Shown: piece after piece, positions 39,585-52,438 of the stretch
Position numbering within the stretch: position 1 is the first letter of the stretch
Layout: the number at the start of each line of letters is the position of its first letter
NCBI GenBank assembly: GCA_964016885.1
Contig: OZ024749.1
Location: 20,336,001-20,400,000, forward strand
DNA length: 64,000 nt
Direction of reading: 5' to 3'
DNA from: Eledone cirrhosa
Lineage: Eukaryota
Translations under genes and position numbers: made by a program
Notes under the pieces: model-generated
The model's input: the letters and a program-made list of their open reading frames with translations, nothing else
Told to the model about the DNA's origin: nothing
The model's database searches: none

Positions 39585-39700
39585 TTGAATTAGTATGGTA
39601 TAGACAAGTACATATGTTGTTTAGGTGTATGATATTGTCAATACTCTGATATGCCCAGTTCCTTGTTGGGTTGTTAATTCACTGGGGAACTGGAGTCATA

Positions 39701-39750
<50 letters not shown>

Positions 39751-39780
39751 CATATATATATTTATATATATATATGTATG

Positions 39781-39851
<71 letters not shown>

Positions 39852-39932
39852 TATATATATATTCATTTTATTAAGGTTAAAATAATGAGTCTTGTTACTC
39901 TGGAGTTTCACCTGCTTCTCACATATATTTTA

Positions 39933-40038
<106 letters not shown>

Positions 40039-40159
40039 TAAAATAACAGATTAAAGTTTAAGCAAAGAATCGCTGCTTTCACTCTTAACGGGATCTTCTC
40101 TGTAACTAAAAAAAAATCAATCTGTAAACGCAGAAGTAAATATTTCGAAAAACGTTACA

Positions 40160-40247
<88 letters not shown>

Positions 40248-40299
40248 GCGTCATAATGTCGTAATACAGACAGATATTATAAGGGCGTGACGTTGTAGT

Positions 40300-40513
40300 T
40301 ATGTCTATCTAAAAAGAGACAGACTAAGAATTATAGAAAGAGATCGCTTTTTCGCCTAATGCGGTCATTGAAAATTTTAAATATTTTTTGCTCAAAACAC
40401 TCACACACCATAAGTATTACATGTGTAAAGTTTGAAAACAATCGGTTGGGTGGTTCCCGAGTTTTAGGGAGTCAGACAGACAGACAGACATTCTCTGTTT
40501 TAGATATATAGAT
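40300..40513 (-). mobile_element. Helitron-like 5' terminal fragment
   Basis: Minus strand begins A|TCTATATATCTAAAAC, then (TGTC)n and CCAACCGATTGTTTTCAAACTTTACAC, like the start of the 36012 element. Confidence 0.5.
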
Positions 40514-40553
40514 GTGTGTGTGTGTATATATATATGTGTGTGTGTATATATAA

Positions 40554-40608
<55 letters not shown>

Positions 40609-40612
<4 letters not shown>

Positions 40613-40708
40613 GTGTCCCAGAAAATGTATACACACTTTGATTACCTGTACAGGCAATATTTATTAGATTGCTGTTGAAGTACGTATACATTTTTGGGGG
40701 GCACCCTG
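40609..40708. mobile_element. Tc1/mariner-type MITE, 100 bp
   Basis: Imperfect TIRs CAGAGTGTCCCAGAAAATGTATAC / GTATACATTTTTGGGGGGCACCCTG; TA on the left, CA on the right. Confidence 0.7.
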
Positions 40709-40745
40709 CATATGTATATTTACGCTTACATACAAGAGTGTGTGT

Positions 40746-40803
<58 letters not shown>

Positions 40804-40808
<5 letters not shown>

Positions 40809-40861
40809 AGTATGTGTGTATACGTACATACATATATGTATACAGACGTACAGTAGCATGC

Positions 40862-40924
<63 letters not shown>

Positions 40925-41043
40925 CATACACATACAGGTACACATACATATATGCACGTATCAGTTTAGCTGACGCTTATTATAACGCCGCTTTGTTCGT
41001 TTGTAAACTGATACGTGCATATATGTATGTGTACCTGTATGTG

Positions 41044-41131
<88 letters not shown>

Positions 41132-41240
41132 TGCTACTGTACGTCTGTATACATATATGTATGTACGTATACACACATACTTACATTTAAGTAAGTGCCG
41201 TACTAAGAGTGAGAAATGAAATTTCGTTTTCATTTTATTT
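40804..41240 (+). mobile_element. Truncated copy of the 53308 element with ~165-bp inverted 5' duplication
   Basis: 40804-40968 is the reverse complement of 41004-41186; 41010-41235 matches 53665-53815. Confidence 0.8.
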
Positions 41241-41243
41241 CAA

Positions 41244-41330
<87 letters not shown>

Positions 41331-41369
41331 ATTAGAAATGTAAGCTATCGCCGTATTTTGACTAAAGAA

Positions 41370-41890
41370 TTTACGCGATTTACTGGTCCCAATAACTTTT
41401 TTTAGTTATTGCTCGCACCAACCCGAGGTATATGATTTTTAATGCGATTAAAATACCAATGATGGTTGGAAAATCACTGACGAAGGACTATTTTTATCAT
41501 ATATAACCCCGCAATATTCTTCTCTCTTCTCATGTTTTTTATATATATTTACCTCGGCTGCTTCCCCGCTCTCTCTGTTTCTCTCACCTTCTTTCGACCC
41601 CTCTGTCAGTTACACTTTCTCTCGACTGACCTCTTCCTCGCACTTCCACTCACTCACTCTCTGTTTCTCCCCTTCTCACTTCCTCCCGTTTGGCTTGTAG
41701 TGGGTCTCTTCTTGCTTACATCTCACTCACGTCGGACGGTCTGTACCTCTTTCGCTCATGAAATCCACCCAGCGTATGCTGACCGGACAACCATGTTGCT
41801 TGTTTATTTTCCTATCTTTGGTTTGCTTTTATCCTTCTATGTTGTTTACTTGTCCCCCTCGCTTTACGCGATTTACTGGTCCCAATAACT
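41370..41890 (+). mobile_element. Family P element: 493-bp monomer plus 28-bp terminal redundancy
   Basis: TTTACGCGATTTACTGGTCCCAATAACT at 41370 and 41863; permuted HHR motif 41418-41484 with damaged GAAA. Confidence 0.85.
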
Positions 41891-41973
41891 AAGCCAGCAG
41901 TATCAGAACGGCGAGAATCTATATAGACACATAAACACACACACAGACACACACACACACACACACACACACC

Positions 41974-42008
<35 letters not shown>

Positions 42009-42399
42009 TCATCAATATAAACACACACACGCATATATATATGTGTATATATGACCTCCCCCCTATATATAGAGGTCTACCGTTCCTCAGCCCCTAATAC
42101 CTCATACCACACCTCTTACATCCCCTCCCCTACCAACGACACACCTCCGCCCACAACACCTCACCTCTTTCTGCCCACCTCCCTTTTACCCACTTCCATT
42201 ACCACTTACCACAACAACCACACCGCCCTCACCACCCAGTACCTTCACACCTTTACACCTCCACCCTACCCCATGTCGCTACCTATCTCCTACCATCCAT
42301 CACGCCCTAGTCGGAGGTGAGGTGGGGTGAGGGTGGCAGCTGTGGCGAATTGTTATGTCTACTCCCCCCACTACCACTCAGCAGCTGTGGTAACTAGCT

Positions 42400-42991
42400 A
42401 CCCCTACCATCACGCCACCACCACCACCGCCACACCGCCAAAACCATCACCACAACACCTCACCACTAACATCACCATCACGCAACCACCACCACTACAC
42501 CGCCAACACCATCACCACAACACCACCGCCATCGCCACCGATGCCACAGCCGCCAACACCATCACCACAACACCACACCACCACCACCATCGCCACCGTT
42601 ACCACCACCACCACCACCACGCCTCCAACACCATCACCACAACACCACAGCACCACCACCACCATCGCCACCGTTAGCACCACCACCACCACCACGCCGC
42701 CAACACCATCACCACAACACCACACCTCCACCACAACACCATCATCATCACGCCACCACCGCCGCTACCGTTACCACCACACCGCCAAAACCATACAACA
42801 CCGCCACCACATCCCCACCACCTTCCACCATACCACCAGCACCAATACACCACCACTATCACCACAACACCGCAGCACCACCACCACCATCATCACTACC
42901 ACCAAGAACAACATCCAGCAGCAGCAACACGCCACCGCCACCACCACCACCACCAACAACAACAACACACAACCACCAACAACAACAACAC

Positions 42992-43022
<31 letters not shown>

Positions 43023-43100
43023 CACCACCACCAACAACAACAACAACAACAACACACCACTACCACCAACAACAACACACCACCACCACCACCACTACAA
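42400..43100. repeat. (CAC)n/(CAA)n trinucleotide-derived low-complexity tract
   Basis: Direct reading; internal ~65-bp duplications of CCAACACCATCACCACAACACC. Confidence 0.9.
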
Positions 43101-43185
43101 TGACACAGGACCAGTTGTTGTTCTATAGAAATTCGTTGTTCCAGTAATATTTGGGTTGTGATGTTTCACCCTGTGTGTGTGTGTG

Positions 43186-43227
<42 letters not shown>

Positions 43228-43230
<3 letters not shown>

Positions 43231-43782
43231 GAGAAGAAAGAATACTGCGTAGTTGCACATGGGTTACATATGATAAAAATAGTCCTTCGTCAGTGATTTT
43301 CCAACCTTCATTGGTATTTCGTCGCTTTAAAAATCATATACCTCCGGTTGGTGCGAGCAATAGCTAAATAAAGCTATTGGGACAAGTAAAGCGAGCGAAA
43401 CAGTAAACAAACAAGGAAGGATAGCAACGCAAAGATAGGAAAAAACAAGCGCATGGGGATCCGGTCAGCTTAAGCTGTGTGGATTTCATGAGCGGGGGAA
43501 ATACAGACCGTCCGACGTGAGTGAGATGTGAGCAAGAAGATAACCCACTACAGGCCAAACGGGAGGAAGTGAGAAGGGGAGAAGCAGAGAGTGAGTGAGT
43601 GGAAGTGCGAGGAAGAGGCCAGTCGAGAGAAAGTGTAACTGACAGAGGGGGCGAAAGAAGGTGAGAGAAACAGAGAGCGAGGAAGCAGTAAGAGAGAAAC
43701 AGACAAACGCAGCTGAGGAAAATATATATAAAAAACATGAGAAGGAAGAATACTACGTGGTTACACATGGGTTACATATGAT
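43228..43782 (-). mobile_element. Family P element: 508-bp monomer plus ~47-bp terminal redundancy
   Basis: CATGAGAAG.AAGAATACT.CGT...GGGTTACATATGAT at 43228 and 43736. Confidence 0.85.
43286..43351 (-). ncRNA. Candidate permuted (pseudoknotted) hammerhead with kink-turn
   Basis: CCAACC GGA GGTA-TA-TGATTTT taaagcgac GAAA-TACC AAT GAA GGTTGG AAAATCA-CTGACGA. Confidence 0.6.
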
Positions 43783-43849
43783 GTGTGTGTGTATGTGTGT
43801 GGAAGATATATATTCATTTTATTGAGGTTAAAAAAATATATATATATAT

Positions 43850-44027
43850 AATTGTTTCTACTTTAGGCACAAGGCCAGCAACTACCCAGTGCCTCACTGG
43901 TACTTTATTTTATCGACCCCGTAAGGATGAAAGGCAAAGTCAACCTCGGCGGGATTTGAACTCAGATCGTAAAGGGACGTAACTATGCTAGAAAGCATGG
44001 CGTCCGACCCTCTACCGATACTACCAA
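43850..44027 (-). mobile_element. tRNA-derived SINE (octopus-type)
   Basis: A-box TGGTAGTATCGG, B-box GAGTTCAAATCC, body GACTTTGCCTTTCATCCTTACGGGGTCGATAAAATAAAGTACCAG. Confidence 0.85.
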
Positions 44028-44029
44028 TA

Positions 44030-44257
44030 TAATATTAATTCAAAATATTAACAAAATAGATATTCTTGTGATCAATTATACATATTATACATATTTCAGT
44101 ACCTCTGAAATATTTATAATAAAATATAATTGATCACAAGAATATCTATTTTGTTAATATTTTGAATTAATATTAATAAATCTAGAAAATATTTTTTAAC
44201 TGTAGAGTGCTTCCAACCTATTGTAAAACTCATTCTTTGATGTATTCATTGAATCTT
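44030..44257 (+). mobile_element. Fold-back copy of the 22635-22930 family; ~70-bp-arm palindrome 44030-44175
   Basis: Arms centred on TTTCAG tacct CTGAAA; tail TAGAGTGCTTCCAA...AAAACTCATTCTTTGAT..TCATTGAATCTT shared with 22875-22929. Confidence 0.8.
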
Positions 44258-44487
44258 ATATATATATACAAAATGGCCGATAAAATACATACACGTTTTT
44301 CCTCAAAGATTTTTTTTTCCGTTCTTTTCTCTTCTCACTCTCTATCTTTCTATTTCTTTTATTTCTCATTCTATCTTTTGATGAGTCCAAAACGTAAAGA
44401 CTCTTTTTCCACACTATCAAGCATTAAACTAATATATATTCATTTTATTAAGGTTATATGTTTTGCTTTATGACGGTTCAACGATGT

Positions 44488-45420
44488 ATGTATATATGTT
44501 CTGGTTTTATAATTTTATAAATGTTTACCAACAGAGAGAGAGAGAGTCGGTTTCTAACATAGACACGACTCTCTCATTGGAATTTACACATCAACTAAGT
44601 AGCTATGTCTGCATGTCTGCATGCATGCATGTGTGTGCAGGTATAGATGTTATTGTATGTGTGGATGTGGATGTGGTTGTTTTGAGTTATATGTGTGCCT
44701 CTGCATATGCTTTGTATCTGCACAAGTATATATGCATCTAATGATGCAGAATTTTTGGAATGTTTTACACATTTTTACTATTCCATTAGTGGATTGTACT
44801 TGTAATTTCCTAACTAGTTGTGTTCTTTCTGTTTCTGTGAAGCCCAGCTTCTCAAGATTTGTATTGGGGCAGTTACTAACATACCCCAGTGCCCCAATAA
44901 TCACAGGCATAAATCTGAAGGTATAGTCAGGGTGGAGTATGTGAAGATTTCTCATTAGTTCTGCGTAGATATTCTCCTTTTCGCATCTGCTGGGCAGCTA
45001 ACTTCCACTAATGTGTATGCCTTCATTTCCCTGTCCTATATCATAATATCTGGTCTGTTATGCCTGCATTTTATTGGGGTTTTTACTGGTACATTCCGCC
45101 TGTACTCTTTCATATTATGTATATGTATGTATGTATGTATGTATGTATATAAGTCTGTATGTATGTATGTATATTCTTCTGGTTTTATAATTTCACAAAG
45201 TTTTACCAATAGAGAGAGAGTCGGTTTCTAACATAGACACAAGACTCTCTCATTAGAATTTACACATCAACTAGGTAGGTATGTATGTATGTATTCATGT
45301 GTAGATATGGATGTTATTGTATGTGTGGATGTGTATGTTTTGAGTTGTATGTGTGCATGTGTATATGCTTTGTATCTGTACATGTGTATATGCAGTTATT
45401 AGATGCAAAATTGTTGGATA
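44488..45420 (-). mobile_element. Two tandem 3' ends of the RLE-type non-LTR retrotransposon (44488-45115, 45170-45420)
   Basis: Minus strand HNRPDIMI.DRE...VEVSCPAD (PD-x-D/E nuclease motif), then ENIYAELMRNL...PVIIGALG; TACA flanks. Confidence 0.8.
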
Positions 45421-45999
45421 TAAATCTGTATGTATGTATGTATGTTTGATGGTGGTTGTGGCGTTGATGGTAGTTGTGGTAGTGTTGGTGATGTTGGTGT
45501 TGATGTTGGTGATGATGATTGTGGTAGTGTAGGTGATGGTAGTTGTGGTTGTGGTGTTGGTGGTAGCTGTGATGGTTGTGGAGGTGTTGGTGATGGTGGT
45601 TGTGATGGTTGTGGTTGTGATGTTGACGGAGGTAGTGTTAGTGGTTGTGATGTTGGGAAGGCAGTTTTGATGCTAACAGTCGTGAAAACTGAATGAATGA
45701 ATGAATGGCACGTGATGTTTACACTGACCAATCACTAACGTCCCACCTCCCTCTCTTTCTTTCTTTCTGTCTTTCTTTCTCCCTTTTCTCTTCCTTCTAT
45801 TTCTCACCTTTTCCTCGCCCCTTACTCTCACTCACTCCCTATATCTCCCATCCCTCCCTTATTTCCACACTACAAATCACTCTCACCATACCTCTCTCTC
45901 CTCCTTCTCTTTATATCCACACACCCCACACTATAAGTCTCTCTTACCATTCCTCCTTCTCTCACCCCCTCTCTTTCTATATATATATATATATATAAA

Positions 46000-47303
46000 G
46001 AATGAATAATAACAGGTAGACATCATAAAAAGGTAATTTATTCCGTGTGCTTACAAGTGTTTCCACGGTGGTACTGCAGCCTAGTTCCGCTACGTGCAAA
46101 TTCACAAGTACTTGCAGAACTCGAATATCCAATGCTGTGACCACTGTTTCCTCAGAGCAGAATGGTAAATGTACAATGTAAATACCCTTAAGTGGGGTTG
46201 TTGCGGAAGATAGAGTAGAACAGGAAGAGAGAAAAGTAGGGAAGAGGGAGAGAGAAAGAAAGATATGCAGGGGTTGGAGAAGTAGGAGAGAGTGGCTTGT
46301 AGATATCTTAATCAAAATGTTATGGTAGGGGTTTTATTATACTGGTTACTTTTGGAGAGATGCGTTGATAGTTAAGGTCGGAATTATTTATTGCCCCAGA
46401 GGGCAGGTTCATAGATGTTGAGAGGGAGGTAGGTCAAAGGTGAGAGAGAGAGAGTGTAATGGATGTAGAGAGAGATAGGTAGAGAGGGGACAGATAAAGT
46501 ATGTGTGGTGAGTGAACTATGGGTTTGTAGTAGTAATCTAGGAATTGCACTGAGTTACCATGTATAGTGATAAGCAGTGTATTGTCTTGTAGTGTGGGGG
46601 GAAGAGAAGGTTGTTAGCTAGAAAGTGGTGTTATAGTTACGGGTTCGAATGTTAAGTTATTTTATAGTGAGAGAATTTAGCTTTTAGTTTGTGGTTGCAG
46701 TATAATGATCGTTCAATTCTATCGTTAAGTAGTTTGTTTTGGGATTTTAATATGTAAAATAGCTCAAGGTTACATAACCTGCAGTACTTCAATCCACTCC
46801 GATATGCACTTGCGCTGGAAAGTATATCCCATTTTAAGGTGAACTGTTGGTTGTGTTCACGGAGTTGCCAGGTCTTGTTGGCGAGCGTGGTCACAAAACG
46901 GTGATTCGGATGTTTGATTGAGAATCGATGACGGTACCAGCGAGATTTAAACGATGTGGTGGTAGATCCGATATAATACCATTTCTGGTCGTTCGATTCA
47001 ACCGTGCATTGGTAAACAATGTTGGACTTTAGGCATTCATTCTGCATACTATCATACTCCACGGCACCAAACCTTGAAGCATACATAAAAAAACTTAACT
47101 TAAGGCAATTAAACAACACTACAAAACAAAACATTTTAGTAACAGATGGGCAGAACGCAATATCTGCCTCCCAACCACTAAATGGGAGACGGGTATTACA
47201 CAACCCACCTGTACCGCTATCACAACCTATCCATGGTATACCCGCTACCCACAACAAAGAATGTAACTGCCATCTACCTGAAAGATGTCCATTGCAGAAT
47301 GAA
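46000..47303 (-). mobile_element. 5'-truncated GIY-YIG family B Penelope-like element with inverted 5' segment
   Basis: Minus 46652-47046 gives QNECLKSNIVYQC...YIGST..FKSRW..H...CRLC; plus 47046-47303 gives the upstream LSYSTAPNL...CNCHLPERCPLQNE. Confidence 0.88.
46048..46159 (-). ncRNA. Type I hammerhead with ~85-nt stem II in PLE 3' UTR
   Basis: TGCT-CTGAGGA-[ACAGTGGT...ACCACCGT]-GAAAC-ACTT-GTA-AGCA. Confidence 0.78.
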
Positions 47304-47541
47304 GGATCAGGAACTAAGTTTCTTGAACAATTCTTCCATAACTCGTAGAGTAACCTCTTACCGTACGTCAACCATATCCAGTGTAGTAATTAACCATTAC
47401 TACATCTTGGATAATCCTATACCTAATATATATATATATATATATATTTATATCAAAATCTCCTACTCTATAAGTCTCTTTCACTATCCCTTTCTATCTC
47501 TCTATCCCCTCCCCCACTCCTATCTCTCTCTCTCTCCCTCC

Positions 47542-47575
<34 letters not shown>

Positions 47576-47576
<1 letters not shown>

Positions 47577-47751
47577 GTGGTAAGAAACCAGATAGACCAT
47601 AACGCACCAGAGTTCTCAATACTTAGGGTAGTAGAGTGGGTAATAGGAAAAGGTATGACACCGACGGCAGAGCTCAAGCCGTTTCGACGGCCTTTTCTGG
47701 ACCCAGAAATAGCTGTCGAAACGGCTTGAGCTCTGCCGTCGGGGTCATACC

Positions 47752-47758
<7 letters not shown>
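47576..47758. mobile_element. Family H hairpin element, copy 3
   Basis: Same unique arm; palindrome 47645-47758. Confidence 0.85.
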
Positions 47759-47821
<63 letters not shown>

Positions 47822-47935
47822 CATACCAAACCCACCCCAAACATGTCCTCCAAATGCCATCTGACCAAATGTTACAGTTCATTACTCAGGCATCTGACTT
47901 GACTCAATGTCTCTTGTGACTCCCTAGATTCACAT

Positions 47936-47971
<36 letters not shown>

Positions 47972-48210
47972 ACACAAACATACACACACACACACATACA
48001 CACACAAACATACACACACACATACATACACATGCATACATACACACACACACACACAAACATACCCACACATACACACACAAACATACACACACACGTA
48101 CATACACACACACACATACATACACATACACACATACATACACACATACGCACACAAACATACACACACATACACACATACACACATACACACATACATA
48201 CATATATATA

Positions 48211-48345
48211 TAACGAAGGAGTTGTGGTAAGGAACCAGATGGACCATAACGCACCAGAGTACTCAATACTTAGGGTAGTAGAGTGGGTAATAGGAGAAAG
48301 TATGACCCCGACGGCTTGAGCTCTGCCGTCGGGGTCATACTTTCT

Positions 48346-48350
<5 letters not shown>
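48211..48350. mobile_element. Family H hairpin element, copy 4, centre missing
   Basis: ATAGGAGAAAGTATGACCCCGACGGC ttgagctct GCCGTCGGGGTCATACTTTCTCCTAT. Confidence 0.85.
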
Positions 48351-48402
<52 letters not shown>

Positions 48403-49529
48403 TTGTGTATGTATTTGTGTATGTATTTGTGTGTGTATGTGTATATGTATGTGTGTATGTGTATGTGTATTATATGTTCCTTGGTTGACTGTTACTGGGG
48501 TTTCGCCTATTTCACCCAGTATACACACATACACTATGTATACACATACATACACTATGTATACAGATCCATACACTATGTATACATACATACATGTATA
48601 CACACCCATATACAATTATCACCCTCTACTAATACCACCACTACATATCACAACCACTAAAGTCACCACCATTACATACCCACCAACACTACTCCCCCAC
48701 TATCACCACTATATCTCACCACCACCACCATTATATCCCCCATCACCACCACCACTACCACTACACACCACCACTACACACCACCACCACTACATTCCCC
48801 ATCACCACTACACACCACCACCACACCACCACCACCACCATCACCACCACTACACACCACCACCACTACATTCCCCATCACCACTACACACCACCACCAC
48901 TATGCAATCAATCAGAAAGCTGATCTAATTAAGTGATCAATAATTGATGCAACCAATCTGTTGTTATGACACATTCACTGGTTGTTGGCTGTATTGGTAT
49001 TGACACCTCCCTCCCCGCCTTCTCCACCTCCTCCACCCTACTATCCCGCTCCTTTCCACCTCACCCCTTCTCCCTCTCATATTCAACCCCACCTCCTCTC
49101 TCTCTCATTTTCAACTTCCCCCTTCCTCTCCATATATCTTATTACTCTTCCACCTCCTCGCTTCCTCCACCCAATCTCCCCCTCTTTGCTTCTCCCTCAT
49201 TTTTCTCCCTCTCCTAATCTCCCTCCTCCCCCTTCTCTTCCACATCACCCTGTCCACTACCACCACCCCCTCCCAACCACCACCTGTTTCACTGTTGTTG
49301 TTTGGTAAGTCACATGATCTAAGCATGTGTGTATGACTGTCAGTATGTTAGTGTCTGTGCATGCATACGTGTGTGTGTGTGTATGTGTGTAACCAAGCAA
49401 TTTAATCCCACAGGGTGGCCTGATGGGTAATTTTGTATTTTCCGACAACCTCGGGTTGACCCAGGCTTTCTTAGTGAAATTTGGCAGACAGAAATTATGT
49501 GAAAGCCCATCCTATGAATTGTACTTGTA

Positions 49530-49780
49530 ATTAAAAGGTTGTGGCCATAATGTCGTGGGTTCGATTCCTGGGCTGCGTGTTGAGAGCAAAACACTTCATT
49601 TCACGTTGCTCCAGTATACTCAGCTGAAAATGAGTACCAGCAATAGCTGGAGGTTTAACCCTGCGATGGACTGGCGTCCTGTCCAGGGGGGAGTCTTGTA
49701 CTCTCAGTCGCTTCACGCCATGAAATCGGGATAAGCACCGGTCAAATGAGTCTTCTGGCTTAAGACAGACTTTAGACCTT
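49530..49780 (+). mobile_element. tRNA-derived SINE, second family
   Basis: B-box GGGTTCGATTCC; central AACCCTGCGATGGACTGGCGTCCTGTCCAGGG; T-rich tail. Confidence 0.65.
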
Positions 49781-50999
49781 TTTTTTTTAGCCTCGTTACG
49801 TATAGTTCCACTTTGATTCAGTTTGTGAATGATGTGAAGGAGGATACACGTGTTAGTGCAATGTTCAGATATTTACACAGTAGGTAGATAATTCAGTTCA
49901 TTGAACTATTGGAATGATACACTTCGTCGAAACCGACTGAGATCCATTAACTCCTTTTGATTTTATATAACAAAACAAATGTTCTCGCATGAAGATCGCA
50001 GTTGCATGAAACTGAGATCGTGAGAAAAAGAATTTCGGTTTAAACACAGACACACACACGCTCCACCCCCTCAGACACCCCTACATACATTCACACTCAC
50101 GCATGCATACACCCCCTACATACATTCACACACACGCACACAAACACCCTCTGCCACTCCCGCATACAATCCCTACATACACATGCATGCATACACCCCT
50201 ACATACATTCACACACGCACACTCCCCCACTCCCGCATACAATCCCTACATACACACGCATACATACACCTACACACATTTTCACACACACACACACATT
50301 TTCACACACACACACACACACATTCCCACATGACTCATACAGACAGCCATGTGTGTGTGTGTGTGTGTATACATGCGAAATAAATCCTACATGGGTTAGA
50401 GCTGGTAAAATAAAACTAGAATATATAAAAAGATGCGTGGGTGTATGTGTTTGTTTGTGAGCGTGTGTTTCTGTGTGGGTTTAGTGTGTGTGTTTATGCA
50501 CGTATATATATACTAACAACAGTGTGTATGGGTGTGTGTGTGTATGTTTGTGTGTGTGTCTGTGAAGGTGTGTATGTATATGTGTTGTGAGCATGTGTGT
50601 GTATCTGTGTGTGTGTGTGTGTGCCTCTGTGTGTGTGTGTGTGTGCCTCTGTCTGTGCCTGTGTGTGTAAGTTGATATATAGTTAGTGGAGCGAAACATT
50701 TGACATATTTCTACTTGAAGGACTATTAAGAGGAAAATTCGTTCTCAGACTAAAGAATCATAAGTAAGACAGACTTTAAGAGGAGTCAAGTCATAACTTT
50801 ATATCTTAACAAAGACACATTTTATGATATGTCTCGTATATTTATAGAATTGCAGTTACGAAGTTCCCATAACAAAGATTGACTCGATGATATGTCTTAA
50901 CTCTTTAGCATTTTAACATATATATATATATATATGTTTATCCCGGGTTCAATAACCACAGTAAGTAAGGTACTCAATACATAGCAGAGTATATATATT

Positions 51000-51112
51000 T
51001 AATATAGAAATGGCTTCTGCAGGACTAGAACTGATTCATTCGGAGGAAAGCTTTCCTGGTGATTTCCTCCGAACAAAGCAGTTCTAGTCCTGTAGAAGCC
51101 ATTTCTATATTA
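51000..51112. repeat. ~50-bp-arm palindrome
   Basis: TAATATAGAAATGGCTTCTGCAGGACTAGAACTG...CGGAGGAAA / TTTCCTCCG...CAGTTCTAGTCCTGTAGAAGCCATTTCTATATTA. Confidence 0.9.
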
Positions 51113-51803
51113 TACTAGCTGACCCGTCCGGCTGGCGTCCGGCTAGGTATACCCGTATTTTATCTTTTCAGGAATCCCCCCTCCACTCCAGTGCAAAGAT
51201 ACCGCACGCCCTCTCAAGTCAGCGCTCTGATGCTGGGTTTGAATAGTTTTTAGGATTCCCCAGTTCAGCAGCCAGTACGTTAAAGAAAATTGATAGTTAC
51301 AACAATAAAGGCTGAACAGAGAACACATTTTTTGACAAACTTTACAATAATTTGTACAACCATAATGGTAATTCCAAGTAACAGAAAATACATAAATTAC
51401 ATTGTTAGAGCTTCAGAGTATACAATATTTTTTGTTCGGCCCCCGGGAGAAAAGATGAAGAGATTGTTTGGCGAGCATCCTACATACAATTGACCATGGG
51501 AGAAGCATGGTTTTCTCATATGAAGGCCAGCCACTTTTAGGGTTTGAGCCTGAGCTTTGTTGATGGTAATCGCGAAGCTTAGTCTCTCTCTGTTGCTCTA
51601 GTAACATTTTTTCTTCTGAAAAATCTGATCTTGCGGCCAGGCTAGGACTTTTTGGGTGGCATATCGGCAGTAACAATGACGATAAGCCGTCTGTGCTTTC
51701 GTGAAATAAATACGTTTGTTTATATTTGTTTTTTTTTGTATGCAAAAATATCTGTACACGAATATATAATTATATATATATATAATTACATTATATATAT
51801 ATA

Positions 51804-51884
<81 letters not shown>

Positions 51885-51896
51885 TATATATATATA

Positions 51897-51944
<48 letters not shown>

Positions 51945-52116
51945 CCCGTTTCGACGGCTATTTCTGGACTAAATTTCTGGACACAAATAGCCATTGAAAC
52001 GGCGTGAGCTCTGCCGTCGGGGTCTTGAACATTTTCCTATTACCCACTCTACTACCCTAATTATTGAATACTCTGGTGCGTTTTGGTCCACCTGGTTCCT
52101 TACCACTCTTCCTTCG

Positions 52117-52119
<3 letters not shown>
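51945..52119. mobile_element. Family H hairpin element, copy 5 (reversed, short outer arm)
   Basis: CCGTTTCGACGGCTATTT...AAATAGCCATTGAAACGG, then the reverse complement of the unique arm. Confidence 0.8.
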
Positions 52120-52185
<66 letters not shown>

Positions 52186-52365
52186 TAAACGGAATAGAAA
52201 ATGCTGACAAATTGTTCACAGTGAAAAATAGTTTAATTAGGAATAAGTGAGAATTAGTAATTGTATTGGTTAGTATTCAGTTTTGGTTTTAAGTTTTACA
52301 GGTTGCGCATTTCTCATGCTTTTCAAAAATAATTTTGAGATAGAGTGTCCGTGATGTTTGCTCTG

Positions 52366-52434
<69 letters not shown>

Positions 52435-52438
<4 letters not shown>

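Noticed and set aside
41380-41400. Twister ribozyme suggested by GGTCCCAA
   Set aside because: Other family P copies read TGTCCCAA and the remaining twister elements are missing.
42327-43128. His/Thr/Pro-rich ORFs as a mucin-like or His-rich protein
   Set aside because: CAC/CAA repeats are open in several frames on both strands; no splice or domain evidence.
44365-44402. Hammerhead-like TCTT-TTGATGA-GTCC-AAAAC-GTA-AAGA
   Set aside because: Two core changes and no stem II; at best a decayed remnant.
51115-51780. Minus-strand Helitron starting at ACTAGCTGACCCG
   Set aside because: The CTAG end and a weak GC hairpin are suggestive, but I found no matching 5' TC end or second copy.
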